Positions 41,167 through 49,359 of a stretch of 64,000 nt of DNA are shown one piece after another (positions within the stretch are counted from its first letter, which is position 1; each line of letters begins with the position of its first letter). The notes under the pieces are model-generated. The model worked only from the letters and a program-made list of their open reading frames with translations, had not been told where the DNA came from and ran no database searches. The position numbers and the translations under genes are program-made. Source of the DNA: an uncultured Methanosarcinaceae archaeon (lineage in GTDB: Archaea; Halobacteriota; Methanosarcinia; Methanosarcinales; Methanosarcinaceae); contig CAWJYV010000007.1 in assembly GCA_963847185.1 (NCBI GenBank), forward strand, positions 64,001-128,000. Direction: 5' to 3'.

Positions 41167-41334
41167 ATGGCTAAAAAATCAGGTACCGGACTCCAGTCCT
41201 CTGCAGGGCTCATGCGCTATTATGAAGCGGATAAAAACGCTGTTCATGTCCAGCCCAAAACAGTTCTGATTGTTGGTGCCCTTGTGGGCATAGCAGTATT
41301 ATTTTTAGGTGCTGTAAACGGCTTCTGGCCGTAA
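41167..41334 (+). CDS. secG: preprotein translocase subunit Sec61beta (not in the ORF track, 55 aa)
   Basis: MAKKSGTGLQSSAGLMRYYEADKNAVHVQPKTVLIVGALVGIAVLFLGAVNGFWP; AGGTG SD. Confidence 0.93.
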   Translation: MAKKSGTGLQSSAGLMRYYEADKNAVHVQPKTVLIVGALVGIAVLFLGAVNGFWP

Positions 41335-41388
41335 TTACACTTTTTTTGGGCAGATTCCTTTGAATAGGGCATGTTCCTTTGAGCAGGC

Positions 41389-42360
41389 ATGACTCTGAAA
41401 AAAAAGAATACAAAAAAAGCTTCTTCAGGAGCCAAAATTTCTAAACCCACGGTTCTTCTTCTGGGTTTTCTTCTTATAGTTGTAGGTATCTTCGGGGTTC
41501 TTTATAATCCTTCTAATTCAACTCAAGAAAAGGCTACCTGGGAAGTTTCGGAATCAGGAACTCTTTCTTTTCCTCAAAGGGAGGAGCCTGTGTTTACAGC
41601 TCAGGAAATTGAAGATATATACTCTCCTGATAATCCAGATACCTTGAAATTGGTGTCTTTTGAAAGTGAAGGGGATAAAATCCAGGCTCTTCTGAGGATT
41701 CCTGCAAACTCTAATAATACTTCCTCGTTTTCTCCTGGAATTGTCCTGCTTCCGGGAGCAACAATTAGCAAGGAAGCCGAACAGGGACTCGCTGTGGAAC
41801 TCTCAAAAATGGGGTATGTAACCCTTACTATTGATCAGCGCAATCTCGGAGGCGTAAATGTCGAAAAAGATCTTGGACTTTTCAAGGCTGGTCTTGAGCC
41901 TGTAGAATACCTGATGGTCTATGATGCTCTTAAAGCCACAGATGTACTTGCAGCCCAGCCGGAAATTGATTCAAATAGGCTTGCAATTATCGGGGAAAGC
42001 AACGGTGGAAGATTTGCAATTCTTGCCTGTGCCCTTGAGCCTGCCCTTAAAGGTGTTATTGGGATCAGTACTTCAGGGTATGGTACTGAGGAAATTGATC
42101 CTGCCTCTGTAGCTGATCTTGAAACTTACCGCTTCTATCGTTCAATTGATCCTGCTACCTATCTCTCTACTCTTCCGCCTGCGAAATTCGTGCAAATTCA
42201 TTCTTTTAACGATACCTTAATCTCATATGATACGGCACTAAAGACCTTTGCCCTTGCAAAAGAGCCAAAGGCCATGTATAATGTTACTGAGCCAATGCAC
42301 GGATATACAGATTCCATGCGCCCTTATCTTGAAAAAGAACTTTCGCTTCTCCTTAACTAA
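41389..42360 (+). CDS. membrane-anchored alpha/beta hydrolase
   Basis: N-terminal TM; GESNGG nucleophile elbow; Asp (NDT) and His (MHG) candidates. Confidence 0.85.
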   Translation: MTLKKKNTKKASSGAKISKPTVLLLGFLLIVVGIFGVLYNPSNSTQEKATWEVSESGTLSFPQREEPVFTAQEIEDIYSPDNPDTLKLVSFESEGDKIQALLRIPANSNNTSSFSPGIVLLPGATISKEAEQGLAVELSKMGYVTLTIDQRNLGGVNVEKDLGLFKAGLEPVEYLMVYDALKATDVLAAQPEIDSNRLAIIGESNGGRFAILACALEPALKGVIGISTSGYGTEEIDPASVADLETYRFYRSIDPATYLSTLPPAKFVQIHSFNDTLISYDTALKTFALAKEPKAMYNVTEPMHGYTDSMRPYLEKELSLLLN

Positions 42361-42447
42361 AAATGCAGGCTTTTGCTCCTGAATGAATTTGTAAAAACAA
42401 AAATGTTTATAATTTTGTAAAATTTTTTCCTTAAAAGTGTTTTAAAC

Positions 42448-44571
42448 ATGACATCTCCTCAGCCACTTTCAAGCCTAAGAGAAATTAATGGAATAGGTGA
42501 ACGAGTAGCTGAAAGGCTGGTCGAGCACTTTGGAAGTGAAGATACAGCTCTTCAGGCTATTTGCGAGGGAGATATAGCCTCGCTTTCTGAAATCAATGGA
42601 GTCAGCCACAATTTTGCCCTTACACTTGCCAGGGACGCCAGATCCAGAGTAGAGGGGTGCTCAATTTCCGATTTTCTCAAAACAAAAGAAGCTCTTGACC
42701 TTTATTCTCGCCTTATCGAGCTGATGAAAAGTTTTGCTCATACAACTCACGCCAGGGATAAGTTAAATTTGTTTTATCCGCTTCCTGTCTCGAGGATGGA
42801 CCTTGTTCGGGAAAGGCAGGCTTTCATAGGCGAGTATCTGGAACTTGGAGATACCTTCTCCGAAAACTCCGAATTTCTACACCTGCTTTCAAGAGTCAGA
42901 AAACTCAAACCTGTGCCTGGAAACCTGAGGGTCAGAGATAGAATCATTATCTGTGGGGACCGAAAAATCCTGGAGGCAGTTAAAGAGAGATTCCAGACCT
43001 TTTTGTCTGCTCAGGCTGTTGAGAGCCTCTCTGAATTTGTGGATCTTGCCAGAGGCTACTCCAGTGTGATTGTTTTTGATGATACTTATCTTGGTTTTGA
43101 CCTTCCGGAAGGGCTTGAGCCTGAGTATTTCCAGGATCTCACGAAAGCTGAGTTCTGGCAGGTCTTGCCTGAAATAGAGCTGGCTTTTTTTGCTCGGAAC
43201 CTTGACTGCATCAGAGCCTGCCTGAGTATAGTGTCTGCTCTGCATTCCAGAAATTTTTATTTATTTGAGGAGTTTTCAGGAGAGAAACTTGATGCACTTG
43301 AGACCACTCTTTCAAAGATTGCAGAGGATGGAAAGCCTGTTGAAGGTTTTGATCCTGAAATTGACAGGCTTGGGGAAGCCCTGCAAAATCTTGATCCTGT
43401 ACTTACATCTGCCTTGAATGAAGCTAACCAGCGTATGAACAGGACTCTTGAGGCAAGTTCGCTTACCCTGAGTGGGCAGGAACTCATCAAGCTTGTAAGC
43501 GGAGGAGTTGAAATTAAAGACTTGCTTTCAAAAGAGCTAAGTAGAATCTATAAAGGCGAGATTGAAGCCATAAAAGAAGAGCTTTCTGAAAAGCTCAGGC
43601 TCCAGAAACAGGAAAAATTGCTGCTTGACTCTCTCTTTTCCGATGAGATTTCCTATCCTCTAAGTGCAAACCAGTCTCAATTGCAAGTTCTCAGGCAAAA
43701 ACTGAGTATAGCCCTTGAAAAAACAAGGCTTGTCCGGAAAAAAGAACTTGCAAAAACTCTCTCTACCTTTAGAGAGCCTGTAGAAAGGCTTGTCAAGAAA
43801 GTCCTGGATTTTGATCTTGGTTTTTCAATAGCTTGTTTTTCGGCAAAGTTTAAACTGAAATTGCCGGAAATAATTCCTGAAACCGGAATAGGTTTTAAAA
43901 ACGGAGAAAATCTCTTTCTAAAAGCCCGGCACGGAGAAATCGATCCTGTAAGTTATTCCGTCGGAAAAACCTGTTATTCCCCTTCAGGTCTGGAAAGCCG
44001 GGTTGTGCTTTTGAGCGGAGTAAACTCCGGAGGCAAGACCTCCCTGCTCGAGCTTCTTGCTCAATGCGTTATTTTAGGGTACATGGGTTTTCCGGTTCCT
44101 GCAAAAGAGCTTGAACTCGGGCCTGTGGAAGAATTCTATTACTTTGGAAAATCAAAGGGAACGCTGGATGCAGGAGCTTTTGAAACTACTCTGAGACAAT
44201 TTTCCGTGCTTTCGGAAGCCTCGGGAAAACTGGTGCTTGCAGATGAGCTTGAATCAATAACCGAGCCAGGAGCCTCTGCCAGGATTATAGCAGGGATCCT
44301 TGAGTATCTATCCAGAAACGGCCAGAGTCTTGGGATTTTTGTTTCCCACCTTTCGGAATTGATCCTTGAAAATACTGAGGCAGAGATAAGAGTGGACGGA
44401 ATTGAGGCGGAAGGTCTGGATTCTAATCTGGAGCTAATTGTGAACCGGAATCCTGTATACAACCATATTGCACGGAGTACTCCTGAGTTGATCGTGGAAA
44501 GGCTGCTTAGAAAGACTACCGGAAAAGAACAGGAGTTTTACGCCCATTTAAAAAGTAAGTTTAAAAACTAA
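42448..44571 (+). CDS. archaeal MutS-like ATPase with N-terminal HhH (MutS2/MutS5-like)
   Basis: INGIGERVA HhH; SGVNSGGKT Walker A; GAFE; LADELESITEP; VSH; no mismatch-binding domain. Confidence 0.87.
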   Translation: MTSPQPLSSLREINGIGERVAERLVEHFGSEDTALQAICEGDIASLSEINGVSHNFALTLARDARSRVEGCSISDFLKTKEALDLYSRLIELMKSFAHTTHARDKLNLFYPLPVSRMDLVRERQAFIGEYLELGDTFSENSEFLHLLSRVRKLKPVPGNLRVRDRIIICGDRKILEAVKERFQTFLSAQAVESLSEFVDLARGYSSVIVFDDTYLGFDLPEGLEPEYFQDLTKAEFWQVLPEIELAFFARNLDCIRACLSIVSALHSRNFYLFEEFSGEKLDALETTLSKIAEDGKPVEGFDPEIDRLGEALQNLDPVLTSALNEANQRMNRTLEASSLTLSGQELIKLVSGGVEIKDLLSKELSRIYKGEIEAIKEELSEKLRLQKQEKLLLDSLFSDEISYPLSANQSQLQVLRQKLSIALEKTRLVRKKELAKTLSTFREPVERLVKKVLDFDLGFSIACFSAKFKLKLPEIIPETGIGFKNGENLFLKARHGEIDPVSYSVGKTCYSPSGLESRVVLLSGVNSGGKTSLLELLAQCVILGYMGFPVPAKELELGPVEEFYYFGKSKGTLDAGAFETTLRQFSVLSEASGKLVLADELESITEPGASARIIAGILEYLSRNGQSLGIFVSHLSELILENTEAEIRVDGIEAEGLDSNLELIVNRNPVYNHIARSTPELIVERLLRKTTGKEQEFYAHLKSKFKN

Positions 44572-45073
44572 TTGATGTAAATTTAAAGGACTTTTCAAGA
44601 TCTATCAAACTTTTTGCTGAGTTTCTTATCTTCTGTATCCTATTTTTTCTCCTCTTCAGGCTCCACGCATCTTTATTTCATTACTTCCTTTAATTGTTTT
44701 CAAAAAGATAGTGTTATAACTCTTTAATTCAATATACTGATAACTAGTAATGAGTACGCCGAGAGCCCTGAAAACATTGTCAATCCAAAAGTCTATATAT
44801 GGGTTAGTGTCAATGCATCTCAGATCACTAAGACAAGGAAGAATTTGCCTTCCCTTATGCAGGAAAATGAAAACTCTAACCGGCTAACAGGGTTGATATG
44901 TGATTCATGGAAAACTTCCATAGAAATAACTATCTTTGGTTGTTTAAGTAGATTGGGGGCTATCTTCTTTTCAACCCGGTAACCGGCTGACTATTTGGTA
45001 ATGAACTTTATTATGAAGCTTGCAGGCATATTATCTTCAGATCTTCTACCAGTTTTGAAGACGGACCTGAAGA

Positions 45074-47281
45074 ATGAGAAAACCCAGGCCACGTGTGATA
45101 TTAATGGAGCGGAACTTCCCCATTCAGTGTGCAGATTTTGATAAGTTACTTATGGATAAAGTTAAAGGGACTCTGGCCGAAGTATCTGGAATACCTGACC
45201 TGAGCGATCCCTGTCTGTATACGGATCGCGAATATAGCTGGCTCCAGTTCAATGACAGAGTGCTCGAAGAAGCCTATGACGAGCGAAATCCTCTCCTTGA
45301 GAGAGTCAAGTTCCTTTCTATCTTTGGAAGCAATCTTGATGAGTTTTTCATGGTTAGAGTTTCCGGGGTCCAGAAACGGATAACTGAAGGGTTTAAAGAT
45401 GACCGGACAGATGAACTGGCTCAACAGCAACTTCGTATAATTAGTGAAGAGCTTCTCAGGCAGCTCCCTCTAAATGATAGGTGCTGGAATGAAATACTTG
45501 AGCCTGCTCTCAGGGAAAAAGGGATTAAAGTTCTAAATTACTTTGAACTTTCTGGAGAGGAAAGAGAAAAGCTCAGAGATTATTTCGAGAGAAATATTTT
45601 CCCTTTGCTTACTCCTCTAGGATTCGATTCAGGTCATCCTTTTCCTCACATCTCGAACCTGAGCCTTAACCTGGCGGTACTTATTGATGACCCGGACTAT
45701 GGGGAACGTTTTGCCAGGGTCAAAATTCCTCCAATCTTCACGAGACTGATTGCAGTTCCTGAAGGTAGTCAGGAACAAATAATTTCCAGCTTTGAGGAGT
45801 TGAAAACAGGACGTTTTGTCTGGCTTGAACAGCTTATTGCTGCAAACCTCGATCTCCTATTTCCTGGGCAGCGAATTCTCGGAGCTTATCCTTTCAGAAT
45901 CACACGAGACGCAGACCTGGGATTTGATGAAGATGGCGATAAAGACCTTCTAACTGCTGTCAAGCAGAGAGTTGGAAGAAACTACTTTGGGGCAGTTGTT
46001 CGGCTTGAGACTGATTATTCAATGCCTTCAAGAGTTTCTGGTATCCTTCTTAAGAATCTGGAGCTTACAAATTCCCTTATGTTCAGGTCGGCAGCTCCTC
46101 TGGGTCTTTCAAGTTTGATGAAACTTACTCAGATTAACCGTCCTGAACTTAAATACGAATCTTTTGAACCGAAAAAACATTCTCTACTGGCTGATAAGGA
46201 AAAAATTTTTTCAGCTCTGAAAAAAAGAGATGTACTTCTATATACTCCCTATGACAGTTTTGAATCGGTAATTGATCTTGTAGAAGAAGCTGCCGATGAT
46301 CTGGATGTCCTGGCAATTAAAATGACTCTGTACAGAGTGGATGATAATTCCAGGATTATTCAGGCTCTTATGAAGGCTGCTGACAGGAACAAGCAGGTGG
46401 TCGTTCTCGTAGAGCTCAAAGCTCGTTTTGACGAAGAGAACAATATAGGCTGGGCAAAAGAGCTTGAGCGTAAAGGAGTCCATGTGGCATATGGCTTTGC
46501 AGGGCGTAAAGTCCATGCAAAAATGTGCTTGATTGTCAGGACCGAAAAAGAAGGCATCAGGTATTATGTGCATATGGGTACCGGGAACTATAATGCTGTC
46601 ACAGGAAGAATCTATACGGATTTCGGTTATCTTACAGGTGACCCATTCATAGGCAAGGATATCTCTGACCTTTTCAATGCTCTTACCGGCTATTCGAGAA
46701 AAGACCATTATATCAAGCTTCTCGTAGCTCCCCAGAACCTCAGGCACCAGATTCTGGAGCGGATCAGGCGGGAAATCGACCTGCACGAGCAGCATGGAAA
46801 TGGGCACCTGATCTTTAAGATGAATTCCCTTGTGGACTATCAATGCATCAGAGAACTCTACAGAGCTTCTCGAGCTGGAGTAAAAATAGACCTTATTATC
46901 AGAGGCATTTGTTGCCTCAGACCAGGCATTTACGGGCTCAGTGAAAACATAAGGGTTATCTCGATAGTCGGCCGTTTCCTTGAACATTCCAGAGTGTACT
47001 ATTTCAGGAATGACGGGAAAGAAGAAATCTTCATGGGCAGCCCGGATCTAATGCCACGTAACCTGGACAACAGAGTAGAAATTCTCTTTCCAGTATCTAA
47101 TACGTACGTTCCTGTTGTAAGGGATGTCATTCTCGGTACTCACTTGAAGGATAATATGAAGGCCCGTCTGGTCCTTCCTAACGGCAAGACCGAAAGGATC
47201 TACCCGCAGCCTGAAGAAGAAGAACTGAATTCTCAATTATGGATGCTTGAAAACAGGAGTAGCTGGGATCTGAATTCTTAA
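45074..47281 (+). CDS. ppk1: polyphosphate kinase 1 (start uncertain)
   Basis: REYSWLQFNDRVL, SNLDEFFMVRV, HPFP, ELKARFDEENN, KVHAK, GRFLEHSR. Confidence 0.96.
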   Translation: MRKPRPRVILMERNFPIQCADFDKLLMDKVKGTLAEVSGIPDLSDPCLYTDREYSWLQFNDRVLEEAYDERNPLLERVKFLSIFGSNLDEFFMVRVSGVQKRITEGFKDDRTDELAQQQLRIISEELLRQLPLNDRCWNEILEPALREKGIKVLNYFELSGEEREKLRDYFERNIFPLLTPLGFDSGHPFPHISNLSLNLAVLIDDPDYGERFARVKIPPIFTRLIAVPEGSQEQIISSFEELKTGRFVWLEQLIAANLDLLFPGQRILGAYPFRITRDADLGFDEDGDKDLLTAVKQRVGRNYFGAVVRLETDYSMPSRVSGILLKNLELTNSLMFRSAAPLGLSSLMKLTQINRPELKYESFEPKKHSLLADKEKIFSALKKRDVLLYTPYDSFESVIDLVEEAADDLDVLAIKMTLYRVDDNSRIIQALMKAADRNKQVVVLVELKARFDEENNIGWAKELERKGVHVAYGFAGRKVHAKMCLIVRTEKEGIRYYVHMGTGNYNAVTGRIYTDFGYLTGDPFIGKDISDLFNALTGYSRKDHYIKLLVAPQNLRHQILERIRREIDLHEQHGNGHLIFKMNSLVDYQCIRELYRASRAGVKIDLIIRGICCLRPGIYGLSENIRVISIVGRFLEHSRVYYFRNDGKEEIFMGSPDLMPRNLDNRVEILFPVSNTYVPVVRDVILGTHLKDNMKARLVLPNGKTERIYPQPEEEELNSQLWMLENRSSWDLNS

Positions 47282-47418
47282 AGTTAAAGTGGCAAATTTT
47301 CTTCAGTTTTTCTTTTCTTATTTTTAACCTTTCTATCATCCTATTAAATATTTTATATGGGCAGGGTTTTTGAACTTACAATTTTACATATATAGAGTAA
47401 TACCGAGAGGAAAAATCG

Positions 47419-47490
47419 GAAGAATAAAAACCAAGAAATAAATCCTAAAGAATAAAAATCAAGAAATAAGTATCAAATAGAATAAAAATC
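47419..47490. repeat. ~28-bp A-rich direct repeat (AGAATAAAAAYCAAGAAATAA) upstream of ppx
   Basis: two full and one partial copy. Confidence 0.6.
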
Positions 47491-47570
47491 TGAATGGTAT
47501 TGTAAAATTGATTTTGAGGCTCTCGACTCCTTCGAAGAAAACGAAAGACAGGGCTTTCAGGTGGTAATCA

Positions 47571-49220
47571 ATGGAACCCGAGAAAATTTCCGAAGGCAGG
47601 GTTGTTGCGTTTATTGATATAGGAACCAATTCGGTACGGCTTCTTCTGGTCAGGATTAATCCAAACGGGTCTTACCAGCCTCTGACCAAGCAGAAGGAAA
47701 CAGTCAGGCTTGGCGACAAAGAATTCATAGATAAGATTCTGCAGCCGAAAGCGATGGAGCGTGCAGTTATTGTTTGTAAAAAGTTCATGGAACTTGCCAG
47801 AGCTTACAGGGCAGAAGAGGTTATAGCTGTAGCTACCTCAGCTACACGCGATGCAGGGAATAAGGTTCAGTTTCTTGAAATGTTAAAAAAGGAAGCAAAC
47901 CTTGAGGTATGCACTATTTCCGGAAGTGAAGAAGCTCGCCTGATTTATCTTGGTGTCTCAAGCGGGCTCAGACTTGGCTACTCAAAGGCTCTTTTCATTG
48001 ATATTGGAGGCGGTAGTACCGAAGTATCAGTAGGAGATCAGAAGCAGTGTTATTTCCTTCATTCCTTTGACCTTGGATCTATCCGCCTGACAAATATGTT
48101 TCTTCCAGATGAAGTGGGCCCTGTCTCCGAGGAGAGATATGAACAGATTAAAGATTATATCCGGGGCAAAGCTGAAGATATAATAAAAGAGTTTTCCAAA
48201 TACAGAATAGAATGTGCTATTGGAAGTTCGGGAACCATAGAGAACCTTGCAAGGATTGCTTTTGTTTACCTGCACAAGACATCTCATGAAAGTTACGAGA
48301 ATCTTGAGTATGAAGACCTGAAGAAAATTATCAGGGCTATATGTGCCCTGCCCCTGGAAGAGCGGCGCAAGTTTCCCGGAATCAACTCACAAAGAGCAGA
48401 TATCATTGTTGCGGGGGCTGCAATTATCGAGACTTTTATGGAAGAGATGGGACTTTCCGAGATCAGGGCCAGTAAATACGGATTAAGAGAAGGGCTTCTC
48501 GTGGATTATATTTCCAAGAGCGAGTTTTCCTACATGGTTACCCAGATGTCAGTAAGAAAGCGTAGCATTATGCAGCTTGGGCTTACCTGTAATTTCGACG
48601 AAGAGCATGCACATACTGTCACCAGGCTGGCTCTGGAACTTTTTGACAGCATTCAGGCGCTTGGAATCTATGAATTTAATGAAGGGGAGAGAGAACTTCT
48701 TGAGTACGGGTCAACTCTACATGATATCGGGACTTTTCTCTCCTATGATACCCATCAGGCACATGCTTATCACCTTATCAGAGAAAGTAACCTGCCGGGT
48801 TTTCATCCTGAAGAAATAGAAGTTATTGCAAATCTTGCTTATTTTCACAGAAAAAATACTCCTAAAAAGAAACATTCCAATTTTGCCGGGCTTAATAGGG
48901 ATACTGTAAAATGTATTAGAGTCCTGAGCGCCCTGCTTCGTATTGCTGAAGGCCTTGACCGCTCCCATACAGGAGCTGTTTCCCACGTCCGCTTCTATAT
49001 TGCCTCTGCCGACAGTCTTGTGCTTGAAATGCATGCTCAGAAGGAATGCCAGCTCGAGATATGGGAAGTAGAGAAACAGAAAAAGTATTTCAAGAAAATC
49101 TTTGAATACGATCTCCAATCCAAAGTAATTATAGAACAAGATACAGGAGTTTCTTTAGTTCTCGAAGGAGTCAGAGAGCTTGAGGAAGTTCCAGGGGTCG
49201 AAATTTCCTCTAAAAATTAA
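47571..49220 (+). CDS. ppx: exopolyphosphatase Ppx/GppA with C-terminal HD domain
   Basis: IDIGTNSVRL, ATSATR, EEARL, DIGGGSTE, GLREG, LHDIG. Confidence 0.95.
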   Translation: MEPEKISEGRVVAFIDIGTNSVRLLLVRINPNGSYQPLTKQKETVRLGDKEFIDKILQPKAMERAVIVCKKFMELARAYRAEEVIAVATSATRDAGNKVQFLEMLKKEANLEVCTISGSEEARLIYLGVSSGLRLGYSKALFIDIGGGSTEVSVGDQKQCYFLHSFDLGSIRLTNMFLPDEVGPVSEERYEQIKDYIRGKAEDIIKEFSKYRIECAIGSSGTIENLARIAFVYLHKTSHESYENLEYEDLKKIIRAICALPLEERRKFPGINSQRADIIVAGAAIIETFMEEMGLSEIRASKYGLREGLLVDYISKSEFSYMVTQMSVRKRSIMQLGLTCNFDEEHAHTVTRLALELFDSIQALGIYEFNEGERELLEYGSTLHDIGTFLSYDTHQAHAYHLIRESNLPGFHPEEIEVIANLAYFHRKNTPKKKHSNFAGLNRDTVKCIRVLSALLRIAEGLDRSHTGAVSHVRFYIASADSLVLEMHAQKECQLEIWEVEKQKKYFKKIFEYDLQSKVIIEQDTGVSLVLEGVRELEEVPGVEISSKN

Positions 49221-49245
49221 GAATTTTTTCTGCCCTGGGGGCAGT

Positions 49246-49296
49246 TCTTGTTTTAGTGGAAGCTCTTATTTTAGTGGAAGCTCCTATTTTAGAGGC
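49246..49296. repeat. 18-19-bp tandem repeat (TCTTATTTTAGTGGAAGC-like), three copies
   Basis: visible between convergent ppx and the CHAD gene. Confidence 0.65.
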
Positions 49297-49359
49297 ACTT
49301 CCTGCTTAAGGCATTTCTCATTTAGTTAAGAATGAGTTCACAGAAACAAGTAGTAATAA

